DNA from: Octopus sinensis
Taxonomy: Eukaryota
DNA length: 36,597 nt
Reading direction: 5' to 3'
Assembly (NCBI RefSeq): GCF_006345805.1
Contig: NW_021824692.1
Coordinates: 1 to 36,597 of the forward strand
The position numbers and the translations under genes are program-made. Position 1 is the first letter of the stretch; each line of letters opens with the position of its first letter. Positions 10,668 to 22,820 of this stretch are shown in pieces. Under the pieces are notes generated by a model, which worked only from the letters and a program-made list of their open reading frames with translations, was not told the origin of the DNA and did no database searches.

Positions 10668-10920
10668 TTACTAATGTATGCGTGTATATATATATATATA
10701 TTTCTTTAACAACCCACAAGGGGCTAAACAAAAAGAGGACAACAAGGACAGACAAACGGATTCAGTCAATTATATCGACCCCAGTCGTAACTGGTACTTA
10801 ATTTATTGACCCTGAAAGGATGAAAGGCATATATATATGCCTTTGGTCCTCTTTTTGTTTAGCCCCTTGTGGGTAGTAAAGAAATATATATATACACGCA
10901 TACATAAGTAAATATATATA
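10660..10920. mobile_element. SINE family B 3' half (-, ~10701-10828) with a fold-back inverted duplicate of its tail (+, 10846-10884)
   Basis: Arms 10660-10740 and 10846-10920 are near-exact reverse complements, including the flanking microsatellite. Confidence 0.8.
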
Positions 10921-10999
10921 TATACATACACATATATACATATATATGTATATATATACTTGGCATACACACACACACACACACACACCCATATATATA

Positions 11000-11032
<33 letters not shown>

Positions 11033-11610
11033 ATATATAATATATATAACATATATACATATATATAAATATGTATGTGTCTGTGTCTGTGCTTATATAC
11101 TGATTGATTGATTATTAGGCACATAATTAGATAAACATACATACAGATCTATACATGTACACTTAAGCATACTACCACGCACACACTCAGACATGCAAAC
11201 ACAAACGCACATATACATATATGTGCGTGTACGTATATATATATATATATATGCCTATCTATCTATCAATCTATATATCTATATAGATAGATTGATTATA
11301 CATATATATATATATATATATAATATATATATATATTATATATATATATATATAATATTATAGATATAGATAGATTGATATACACACACATATATATAGA
11401 ATATATATATATATAATAGATTATAGATAGATAGATTATATACATATATATATATATAATATATATATAGATATAGTTATAAATATAGATATAGATAGAT
11501 AGATAGATAGTAGATAGATAGATAGATATAGATAGATAGTACGTACATACATAAAATACATAATACATAGACAGATATATTATATATATATATATATAGA
11601 TAGATAGATG
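10920..11610. repeat. (TA)n/(CA)n/(GATA)n block; the distal part abuts the LINE 3' end
   Basis: Direct reading. Confidence 0.9.
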
Positions 11611-11681
11611 GTTTCTTTATTAGCCACACAGGGCTGCACACAGATAGAACAAATTACAAGGTAGAGCTTTTCTTTTGAAGG

Positions 11682-11716
<35 letters not shown>

Positions 11717-11782
11717 AAGGGGGAGATTCGATCAAAAGGGATCGTAAAAGGAGAGAAAGAGGACAAAAATAAGGGGGGTTTA

Positions 11783-11813
<31 letters not shown>

Positions 11814-12023
11814 AGAGGAAAAAAAATGATCAATAGGGATCGTTATCACAGAAATGTCAATATGAAGTGTAAAGGGGAGGACAGGTGAGGTTTACCCGTG
11901 GAAAGAAAAGCCTGCGGAAAAGACCACGGTAACCTCGGTCAATGAAGTCACATTTTATATTTCTTTTTTTTTTTTTTTTTTTTTTTTTGCAAATAAGCAA
12001 CTCTCTGTTTTCGATTTCTGGGT

Positions 12024-15000
12024 TCATAGGACTATGCTCAAGGTGGCTTCGTCATTCATACGTGCCATTCTTGCTACATTCACCCATCTTTTTTTAAAAC
12101 ATTCGCTAGACAAAACTTGCCTCTCTACTCTCACTTTCCTTTTCAAGTGGTACTTGAAGAAGTTGATGAGAGATTGACCAGAGAGGAAAGTGTTTGTCTC
12201 CAATCCTTTCAGACGCGTCCACCAGATACATCTTTCGCCATAGCCACAAGGATGATGAAAATAGCTCTTCCTTCCCGTTTGAAGGAAGGAGGCGTGACAA
12301 TATTGACGATAGACTCAGCTGATAAACCGACTCGTCCCACACGTGACAGCAGTTGTTCGACATAAGCCCACAGGTCGGAAATTGTTGGACACTGAACGAG
12401 TGCGTGCAGAACGGTTTCGTCGCTCTGACCGCATCTCGGGCAGGTCGGCCCCGTGTTTCTCGAGCCGTCTGTCTGTAGAGCTTATCCCGAACGGGTAGCG
12501 CTTCTCGGTAGCACTGCCAGGCCAGGGATCTCTGGAAGTTGTCCATGGGCCCTGGCCCGAAAGTCGTCCCGAACAGGCGGGTCAGGTACTCCTCGTCGAC
12601 GTCCAGGTTCGCCCCGAGCTCGTCGTCGTACCTCCCCTCCACTAAACCCCTATAGAATGCTTTGGTTGTGTTGAAGTCACTTAAGGTCGACCCAGGACGG
12701 CAGAGTTGCTTGAGAGCAACGCGACACTCGCGGTGCCATTCGCCCTTCCTCGGCCTTTTTGATCCACGACTGCAGTTCGGTCATGGAGACGAGCTGCGGG
12801 AAAGCGTGCCTCACAAACGGCGACCACACCTGTTCACCGTCGTCTACATAGAGCCAGAGATGTCGCAGTCTCAGCGCGTGTCTGCGCATCATCAACCACG
12901 GCATGCCCAGCCCTCCTTTTAACGGGTGTTGACAGCAAATGGATCGCCTGACCATCGGGACGCATCCTTTCCACAAGAAGCGAAAGAGGATGCGTTGTAG
13001 TTTGGTGATGGTAGGGTCGGGACAAGGTACGACGGAGGCAGGCGGTAGTAGATGACGGACGCGATGTACGTGTTCGCCACCTCCGCTCGACCTTTTAGGG
13101 ACAGTTTCCTCTCGGCCCATTGCCGGGCGAGAGTGACCACCCTACTCGTTATCTCGTTCCAGTTCTTCTCCACTTGGAGGTCCGGACCAAACCAGACCCG
13201 AGCAACTCAACCGGGCCGTCGGTCCAGCGTCCCACGACGGAGGCGCTGGTGGACGGCATGGGCTTGCTTCTCCAGGTGCCTAGTCGCAAGCCCACTGACT
13301 TTTCCCGGTTGATTTTCGCTCCTGTCACCGCTTCGTAGTTTTCAGTGTCTCGCCGACCAGCTCGATGTGCTCGTGGCTAGACACTATGACGGTGACGTCG
13401 TCCGCGTATGCAGACACGCTCGTCCCGCATCCCAATTCTCGCGGGATGCCCCTTAGAGTCGCCAGCTTCCGCAGTAGTGGCTCAAGAGTCAATACGTATA
13501 GAAGCGCCGAGAGGGGGCATCCCTGACGGACCGAACGTGCAATGTCGAAAGGTCTCGATAGATGTCCATTTACGCGAATTACCGAACGGATGCCTCTGTA
13601 CAAGGCAGCTATCCAGCCGCGGAAGACGGGACCGAAACCAGCCGCTCTCAGGACTGCCTCCAAGTATCGATGGTCTACCCTATCAAAGGCTTTTGATTGA
13701 TCCAAGTTGATCAGGGCCCCACCCATGCCAGGTTCGTTAACTACCCTGTCTATGATGTAGCGCATCAGATGGAGGTTGTCATGGATGGTCCGGCCTGGCA
13801 CGGCGCATGTTTGCGCCTTGTCGACCAGTTTCTCGATGACAAGCGCCAACCTCTTGGCTAGCACCTTGGCCAAAATTTTCAAGTCTGCATTAAGCAGAGT
13901 GATGGGCCTAAAGTTATCTATTACATTTCCCTTGTTTAGATCTTTCTTCAGCAGTGTTACGGCTCCTCGGCTCACAAACCAGGAATGCTCCCGTTTTGCT
14001 GCCAGTTGCAGTACACCGCCGCCAAGAGATCTCCAAACAAGTCTGGCATACAATTGTAAAGCTCGTAGGGTAGACCATCCAAACCCGGTGATTTGTCCCT
14101 CGAGCATTCTGCCATCGCTTCCCGCACTTCCGCCGCCGTGATGGCACCTTCGCAGCACCCTGCCTTTCTTGTCGAGAGTCGTGGTAGGCTATGTAGGTAG
14201 GCACTGAAGTCCACCCTACGTTCTTGCCCTCCACTCGTTCCGAACAGTCGGGCAAAATGCTGCTGAAAGGCCTCACACATTTTACTTGGCTCGAGCAATT
14301 CGCGCCCTGTTCATCTACCAGTGACCGAATGGTGGCTTTGTTGCCCTGTTGCGCCTCTGCCACCCGGGCCTCTCTCGCGGCTCCAACACCTTCGTTCCTT
14401 AGAGCACGCATCCTAGCTCTGACAGCACATCCTTCGTGTTTGGCGTTGAAGTGTTGGTCGAGGGCCAACCTCGCCGCCAAAACGTCGGATGCGATGCCGC
14501 TTCTAATTGCCTCTTCTAGCTTCTTAACTAGCTCACCCTCTACTCTATTTCTATCTATGGCTAGTGCTTTGCTGTACCTAATCGCTTCTGCTTTTACTGC
14601 TCTTGAGGGCAAACCACCATTTGTTGTTGATGATGGCTCCCGTCAAAGCCCTCTTTACTAGTGTGCTAATCCGGTCTCTGAAAACTTGTCTCGATGGGAA
14701 AGACGCGTTTAGTTTCCAGTATCCGGGACCCTGCCTAAGTGTCTTACCTAAGTCTAGCGTACATGTCACAAGTTTGTGATCCGTGTAGCTGACTATGTGG
14801 AATTGTGGACATCCTATGCTATCTCTATCTACTGTCCTACACAGTATCCTATCTAGATACGATCTCGACGACCCGATGCGGTTGCTCCATGTCCACGTTG
14901 GCGCATTCGGGTGGTCTAGTCGAAACCTGTCAGACAGTTGAAAGCGTCTGAGCAGGTCTCTGAGGCATTTGCATCCCCGTCTATTCCTATCTCTACCCAC

Positions 15001-15454
15001 GTAGTCTACATGCGTGTCCAAGGTAGCATTCCAATCCCCCACTAAGAGTAAAGGACGAGACGTTCCAAGAAAACTTCTAGACGTTGAAAGAAATCCGCCC
15101 GACCTGTTAAGGGCGGTGCGTAAACTGATACGAGCCGAAAAGCGCACCCTTGCTGCCGTCGACATCCAGGACGACCAGTCTACCCTCCGGGTCTACGAAT
15201 ATTGTCCTTACATTGAGATCCAGACTCTTGTGAAAAAGTACCGCGGTGCCACTACCGCCCATTCTCGGCAGACAGGGGGAAAAAATAAATGTTGAACTGT
15301 CCGCCAAACATGGTCTTTAGGGCCCGCGGATGTGGAGTCTGGTCTCGCTTATGGCTATGATTTCTAACTTATGTGACTTTATGTCATTTAAGAGGTACCC
15401 TTGTTTCCAAGGGGACCCCAAGCCACGCGCATTTACACAACCAATCTTGATCAT
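12024..15454 (-). pseudogene. LINE ORF2: apurinic-like endonuclease, reverse transcriptase and C-terminal zinc knuckle, with frameshifts and stops
   Basis: MIKIGCVNARGL...ISETRL; GDWNATLD; YLDRIL; TDHKLV; YWKLN; KSPGLDG; FRPITLLNADLKILAK; LDQSKAFDRV; RQGCPLS; YADD; KGGLG; CPRC-x8-H-x4-C; ends KRWVNVAR...SIVL* (reconstructed across frames). Confidence 0.95.
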
Positions 15455-15485
15455 AGTTCTAATGAATTAGAATACAGAGGGTTAC

Positions 15486-16870
15486 TTACTGCTCGAAAGT
15501 TTTTGCTTTCTCCTCCGTTGGTTTGTCCTCGAGAAGATCCCAGTACAGTTTCTTTGTGAGATATTTTTGGCATTTACCAACCGCACTGGGGAAAATGCCT
15601 TTGAGTGTGTGGTGCAGACTTTTGGAGATGTGTATTATTTTGATGTGGTCTGGTGGTGTGTGTATGGGTGGTTGTTTGTTTTTATGTCATCTTCTGTTAT
15701 GTTTGTTTTTGATTGGATGTATTCCATCAAATTGTGTTTTTGGTGTCTATGGCTGTGAGCATGTTTGCTGTGTATATGTTTTGTGGTGTTGGTGTGGCTG
15801 TTGTTTGCGTTGGGTTTTGAAATGTCTTCGGGAGATGTATTCCCCCTGCTTTGTTCGTGTTTGCATTTGGTTTGGTTGTGCTTCTGCTCTTTATTTTCCT
15901 TCTTTTGTAGCTATTTGCCATTCCTCACTGGTTTCGTCTTCCGACGAAATTTCTGAGGAATCAGAAGGGGGTAGGGGTATGTTGTGGGCTTCTATGTATG
16001 TCTGTGTAGTGGTGTGGTTGTGTTGTTTGTTTTCGTTGTTGTTGGTTGTTGAGTGTTTGTGTGTGTTGAGTGCGGTATAAGGGATGGGGGATCAGTTTGT
16101 GTGTGTTTTCTTTGTTTTTCTGTTCCTTTGGGTTTTGCTGTTGATGGTAGTGTTGGTATTTTTCCAGGTGTCGAGTGGTTTTTGGTTGATGACGGATTAG
16201 CTTGGTGTGCTTCTCTTGTCGTCTTCTGTGTTGATGGTGGTGGTGTGGGTAGTAGAGCTTTTTTCCGGAGAGTGTTTGGTTGTTGTAGTGGTTGTTGTTG
16301 TTGTTGCTCTTGGTGTGCAGTGGTTGGGCACGTCTTTTCAAGTGTGTTTCGCTTCCACACAAATAGCAGCGTGGTCGCCTGCCCTCTACCACTATATAGA
16401 GTTTGTAGCCTCCTGGCAGTTCTATAGCGGTGGGTATCTTCTCTCTTGCTGCTTCATCCAATTGAAGCAGGAATTCGATTGATTTGCCCACATAGTCTTT
16501 CTCTCCTAGAACCGCGATTTCCAGGATGTTTGTCTCTGACATTGTCTCTGACATTTCAAAGCAGATGGCAGAGACCACCCATTGTGTTTCGACATCAAAT
16601 GGTATGTTTTTATTTGGACTTCGTGACCCTTTTGTTTAAATAGACTGGTATCATTACCAAGTCGTCCGAATGTAGCTCCAATGTGGAAAAACGTTTTGCT
16701 AAACTTTCGTTGAGGAAACGTACTTGGACTGTACCAAATTTGTTTCCCCAACTGATATATTCCTTGGAGTCCCATACAGGACGAAGGCATTTATCGATTT
16801 TTTCCTGCGGTGCATTTTCTGTTCTTCTTGTTTTTTTGTTTATTACTTTATAAATTATTGTTTTTTTTTT
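15486..16870 (-). pseudogene. LINE ORF1 (gag-like nucleic-acid-binding protein), frameshifted, start missing
   Basis: Restoring one base gives CYLCGSETHLKRTC (C-x2-C-x4-H-x4-C) after IPTAIELPGG...VEGRRP; upstream VQIKNIPFDV RRM-like segment; stop TAA at 15486-15488; frame open up to the 5' junction. Confidence 0.75.
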
Positions 16871-16871
16871 G

Positions 16872-16897
16872 AGATAGATAGATAGATAGATAGATAC

Positions 16898-16970
<73 letters not shown>
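16872..16970. repeat. (GATA)n microsatellite at the LINE 5' junction
   Basis: Direct reading. Confidence 0.95.
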
Positions 16971-17363
16971 GAGTATCATATGTTTCTTATTTATGGGTAT
17001 AATATTTTATATGAAATTTAGCAAAATAGATTTTTTATAAAAAATGTCTATCCTTATATAAATATTGCGTTTATGTTGAAAGACATTGATTAAAATAAAA
17101 GGATCACGTGATTACGTAAATTTTGATGTTTAATTCCATCCCATGTTGTATTATGTCTACATATATATATACTTATACATATACATACGTATCTAAATAT
17201 ATGTATATACATATACATGTATGTATGTATATATGTATGTATGTATTTATGAATATATATCTATACATGCATGCATGTATGTATATATATATATATATAT
17301 ACATACATGCATGCATGTATAGATATATATTCATAAATACATATACATATACTGTATATACTG

Positions 17364-17414
<51 letters not shown>

Positions 17415-17459
17415 GTGTGTGTGTGTGTGTCTGTGTGTACGTATGTATGTATATACTAT

Positions 17460-17678
17460 CTTACTGTTTTACACGTTTCAGTCGTTTGACTGTGGCCATG
17501 CTGGAGGACCACCTTTAGTCGAACAAATTGACCCCAGCTCTTATTTTATTCTATTAGTCGCTTTGGCCGAGCTACTATGTTTCGATGAGATAAACACACC
17601 GATATTAGTTGTTAAGCGATGGTAGGAGGGACGAACACAGACACAAATGGACACAAACATAAATATATATACATATAC

Positions 17679-17762
<84 letters not shown>

Positions 17763-17775
17763 ACGGGCTTCTTCC
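17460..17775 (-). mobile_element. SINE family A, 3' portion with internal (TA)n/(CA)n; head missing
   Basis: CAGTC.TTTGACTG.GGCCATGCTGGAG...ACAAACACAG...(TA)n CGACGGGCTTCTT matches the family A 3' part as I recall it. Confidence 0.6.
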
Positions 17776-18313
17776 AAAGTAAAGTTGTAAGGTACCGCAA
17801 TAGTGAAAATATATGTGAAAGAAGGTTTGAAAATGCAAAGGTCTTTTAGAGATGTTTACTGATTTGACTGGTTTCACTTTTTTTAGAAAAAGATTATCAG
17901 AAGTAAAATGTAAACCTTTGCACAAGTATCGTTGTGTTAAAAAATGGTTATTACAAAAGTATTAAAATACAGTCTTTGATAATGATAAGAAAATGTTAAA
18001 AACAGTTTACAAGAAAGTATTCGAGAAAGGGAATACAATAAGTATTTTGAGTTCAATAAAATTCATGTTTACGTGGTAGTGTATATATACAGAAGGAGTT
18101 ATATTTAAGAATTTACAAAAAAATTGGAGAGGAATAACTAACCTGTCTGTCTGACATTTTCTGTCTTGTGCGTAGCTAAGGAATGTTTGTTATTTTAAGG
18201 GATAGTGTGGGAGGTTGTTTGGAATCAAAAGGATTTTTTTGTTTCTGGGCTAGTCTGTCATGTTTCAGTGGTTTCCGGGACTGGTCTTAGAGGTCCCAAT
18301 AATGTGAGTGTGT

Positions 18314-18358
<45 letters not shown>

Positions 18359-18710
18359 TCGCGCACCTCTGATAACAGAGAGCTTAGAACTTACTTGCAT
18401 TAAAATGTATGTTGTTTTCTTCTGCCTATTCTGTAGGAGATTAGCATCACAAATTTCCTTGAATGCTTGTACTACATTTGTATCGTCAGCGTTGCTAGTA
18501 AGTGTGGTTATCTGTGCAACTGATGGCATGTCCCAAAGACCCACCATAAAGAGCAGCTTCTGCCATGTACAAAGTGCAGTCATGTATGAAGAACAGCTTC
18601 TGCCATCTATGTATGTATATAATTGTGTGTGTGTGTGTGTTTGTGCGTGCGTGCGTGCGTGTAAGAGATAATCTATATGAAGGCGGCGTGTAAGAGATAA
18701 TCTATATAAA

Positions 18711-18928
18711 GGCGGCGAGCTTGTAGAATCGTTAGCACGTCGGGCGAAATGCTTAGCAGTATTTCGCCTGCGGTTACGTTCTGAGTTCAAATTCCGCCGA
18801 GGTCGACATTGCCTTTCGTCCTTTCGGGGTCGATTAAATAAGTACCAGTTACGCACTGGGGTCGATATAATCGACTTAATCCGTTTTTCCCCTCTGTGTT
18901 TAGACCCTTGTGGATAGTAAAGAAATAG
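18711..18928 (+). mobile_element. Full-length SINE family B
   Basis: Aligns end to end with the 1075 copy; degenerate TSD TAAGAGA(T/A)AATC(T/C)ATAT at 18691-18707 and 18929-18945. Confidence 0.9.
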
Positions 18929-18974
18929 TAAGAGAAAATCCATATCTAGGAGACTGTTTGCAAAGGAGTTCCAA

Positions 18975-19136
18975 TTTATTCTATATCTATCTCTTGCTGT
19001 ATATCTATATACATATACATATATATTTTCACATTGTGTATATATATATATATATATTTTACATAGTGTGTATATATATGTATATACGTATACAATATAT
19101 ATATATGTATATACGTATATATATATGTATATACGT

Positions 19137-19180
<44 letters not shown>

Positions 19181-19192
19181 TATATATAATAT

Positions 19193-19281
<89 letters not shown>

Positions 19282-19500
19282 ATGTGTATATATGTTTATA
19301 TATATACATCCAGGCATGCGTAATATATATACATATGCATATATATATGTGTGTGTGTATGTATGTGTATATATGTTTATATATATACATCCATGCATGC
19401 GTAATATATGTACATATGCATATATATGTGTGTGAGTGTGTGTGTATATGCGTGCGTGTGTTTGTGTGTATGCGCGCGCGTATATGCTCGTACATACACA
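18975..19500. repeat. (TA)n/(TG)n block with an 81-bp tandem duplication (19281 and 19362)
   Basis: TATGTGTATATATGTTTATATATATACATCCA occurs twice, 81 bp apart. Confidence 0.85.
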
Positions 19501-19578
19501 CAAGTATTTAATCGTGTGTCTATAAATCTAAGTGTGTTTTAACAGATCTAGTCAGTAATTTTATAATTTTATTCTCAG

Positions 19579-19951
19579 AATTTATTGGAAATTTACTGTC
19601 GTGTATTTCTTGTTCAAAGGCAATAGTTGTTACGTCAGTCGCTTTTGTGAAACCAATTTCGGGCTGCAAGACAGCCTCTTACAAGATTCCATTTCCTGTT
19701 CGGTGCCACAGTCTAAAGACATATGTGCGGAAATCATTCAGAAAATACAGAGGTCTCATTAACTATTCGCAGTGCAATATTAAATGTTTATTATATTCAA
19801 TTTCCCCAACAATTCGGAATACAGGAGCAAAGATGGCTGACACGACAGCACTACTTCCGTTGAAGTCGGCTGTTGAGATGACTGCGTATGAAGGTTATAC
19901 AAATGACGCATACAAGATCTTACAGGTCACAGATTTTACATTAATATAAAT
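19579..19951 (+). other. Candidate host-gene exon (unique sequence bounded by splice signals)
   Basis: Acceptor TTTTATTCTCAG ending 19578, donor GTAAGT at 19952; product not recognised. Confidence 0.3.
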
Positions 19952-19954
19952 GTA

Positions 19955-20217
19955 AGTGTGTGTGAGTGAGTATTTGGATATCAATGTGCGCGGGCATGTA
20001 TCTGTGGGGATAAAACACAATACACACACATATATCTATACATATGTATACATATACATATACACACGCATATATAATCTTATATATATATATACAATGC
20101 ACAAATGTGTGTGTATACATATAGGTATATGTAAATATTTATGATTACACATATACATTAAATTATATTTGTGTATGTCTCAGTGCTTATAAATTTGTAA
20201 CTGCCTACAGATAGATG

Positions 20218-20254
<37 letters not shown>

Positions 20255-20460
20255 TATGCACACACATATATCACGTATATATCTATATATATATATATAT
20301 ACGTGCATATATATATTCATAAATATAAATACATACAAACATACATACATACACACATACATACATACATACAAATGCATATGTACATACAAACATTGTA
20401 TATCTATATTAACATTTATCAACCTGTCTGTTTGTCTATCTATCTATCTATCTATCTATC

Positions 20461-20528
<68 letters not shown>

Positions 20529-20548
20529 ATATATATAACTATCTATAA
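19955..20548. repeat. (TG)/(TA)/(CATA)/(TCTA)/(TC) microsatellite block
   Basis: Direct reading. Confidence 0.9.
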
Positions 20549-20551
20549 ATC

Positions 20552-21497
20552 TGCGACTTCATTACAACAAAGGAGTTCTATAGTGGATTAGTGGAGGGGA
20601 GGTGCGACGATGTTCTCGGACAGAATCTGGGCGTCGACGGGGAACACCTGACCTGCCTATTCAGGACAACCTTCGGGCCAGCACCTATGGACAATCACCA
20701 ACCATCCCTGGCCTGGCAGTGCTATCGGGAAGCATTACCTGTTCAGGATAAGCTCTACAGGCACGGTTCGAGACACACTGGACCGACTTGCGACGAAACC
20801 GTTCTGCACACACTTGTGTAGTGTCCAACCATTTCGCACCTGTGGGCTTATGCCGAACGGCTGCTGTCATATATGGGACGTGTCCGCCTGTCGGCCGAGT
20901 CTATCGTGGGAATCGCTCCGCCCCTTCCCTCAACCGGGAAGGCAAGACAGTTTTCATCGTACTGGTGGCCATGTTGAAAGAATGTGTGTGGTGGACTCGA
21001 GGGAAAGGAATACAGACAAACACTTACCTCTCTCTGGCAAGTCCCTCATCAACTCTTTCAAGTACCACTTGAAAAGGAAGGCGAGAATGGAGAGGCAGGT
21101 TTTTTCTTGTGAAAGTTTCAAAAAAAGGTGGGTGAATGTAGCAAAGATGGTGTGTGCGAATGACGAAACCACTTTGAGCATAATCCTGTAAATCGTAAAA
21201 GAGAGAGAGAGAGAACATTTTGCTCTCATGTGTTTATTTCCTCCCTGCTGAGGTTACCATGATCTTTTCTGTAGGCTTTTCTTTCCACGGATGAACGTAA
21301 TCTTGTTTGTTACTTTAAAACAAATTCTTTGTGATACACGATACCTTTTGATCGCTTTTTTTTCCCCAATCCCTTTTCATCGAAATTTTATATTTGTTTC
21401 CTTTTTCTTTCTTTTTCTTTTTCCATCTTCGAAAAGAAAAGCTCTACATTTGTATTTGTCCCCTCTGTGTTCAGCCCTGTGTGGCCAATAAAGAAAG
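20552..21497 (+). mobile_element. 5'-truncated, diverged second copy of the Tx1-like LINE (ORF2 C-terminus plus 3'UTR)
   Basis: SLAWQCYREALPV.DKLYR, DETVLH, KRWVNVA shared with 12024-12680; same 3' end AAAAGCTCTAC...AGCCCTGTGTGGCCAATAAAGAAA. Confidence 0.9.
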
Positions 21498-21498
21498 T

Positions 21499-21532
21499 TA
21501 TCTATCTAAATATCTATCTATCTATCTATCTA

Positions 21533-21589
<57 letters not shown>

Positions 21590-21703
21590 GTTTATCAGTT
21601 TATCTATCTGTTAATCTATCTGTCTAGCTATCTGTCTATCTGTTTATCTATCTATCAATCTATCTGTCTGTATATCTGTCTATCTATCGGTCTATCTGTC
21701 TGA

Positions 21704-21760
<57 letters not shown>
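21499..21760. repeat. (TATC)n/(TCTG)n run directly after the LINE 3' end
   Basis: Direct reading. Confidence 0.95.
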
Positions 21761-21762
<2 letters not shown>

Positions 21763-21909
21763 ACTATCAGTCTATACTTTTAAATTGAATGGTTTTCGAT
21801 TAAATTTGTAATTCGAATTGAAGTTATAGCCACGAAACGTACGTAGTCTTTTTATTTATTATATATTGTTATTATTTCTTTTTGTACTTTTTCTGATCTA
21901 GTTGTATAA

Positions 21910-22640
21910 TATATCGTCGTCGTTATCGTCACCGTCAACAACCTCATCAACAACAGCAGTACTAACACTGCAAGAACAGCCATAACAACAACCACTACTT
22001 GTACCTTCACCACCACCACCACCACCACCACCACAATCTTCTCCTCTTTACCATCACCATCAACATCATCACCACCATCAACAACCTCCTCATCATCATC
22101 ATAATCATTACAATCATCATCGCCAACATCACCATCACCTCTGTCATATCAACACCACCACCACCACCACTAACCATCATCATAGTCATGGTTGTTCTTA
22201 GAATTACGTCACGATGGTCAAGCACTGCCCACCAGTGAGACCACCACCATTATGACCATTTATAGACAGAATCTAAGGTGAAGAAATTCTGCTACCAGAC
22301 ATGATAATCAATCACAGAAACACCAAAGAATCCACATTAGGTCATATTTTAACCATTCCCTCTCCCCCTCTCTTTCTCCACTTCCCCCTCTCGCCCTCCT
22401 CTTCTTTCTCTTCCACTCTCTCTATTTGCCTAAGTTCTCTTTCTCTTTCACTCTGTAGTTTACACACAAGCATACAGATGAACGCGCGTTCACATATGCA
22501 GAAACACACACGTGTGTGTGTGTATGTCTTTGTGTGTTTGTGTATGTGTGTGTGCGTGTGTGTGTGTGTGAGTGTGTGTATGTGTGTGTATGTGTGTGTG
22601 TGTATGTGTGTGTGTGTGTGTGTGTGTATGTGTGTGTTTG
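21910..22640. repeat. (CAC)/(CAT)n, pyrimidine-rich and (TG)n tracts
   Basis: Direct reading. Confidence 0.9.
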
Positions 22641-22820
22641 TCCTGCGTTTAAAGATTCGAATTCTAACGAAGACACAAAGCTCGTTGAAATGTACTTAAT
22701 AACAAAAACTATGCTACATTTTAAACTGTGGGGAAAGACTTGCATTTTTTTCTTACAGTTCCACTTGCAGCTCGTAGTTGTAATGCGCGCGTTCGTCGGT
22801 TGATTTCTATTCCTTTAAAG

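Larger units (their letters stand above)
11612..16870 (-). mobile_element. Tx1/L1-clade non-LTR retrotransposon, near full length, decayed
   Basis: ORF1 (CCHC), 31-nt spacer, ORF2 (APE-RT-CCHC), ~410-nt 3'UTR with poly-T tracts ending GCCCTGTGTGGCTAATAAAGAAA; (TATC)n on both flanks. Confidence 0.95.

Noticed and set aside
12117-15295. Plus-strand ORFs overlapping the LINE
   Set aside because: Antisense shadows of the GC-rich ORF2; no recognisable motifs.
18395-18570. [13 protein letters not shown] resembling the Rab G5 region (TSAKDATNV..AF)
   Set aside because: No NKxD at the proper spacing and no SAK; probably chance.
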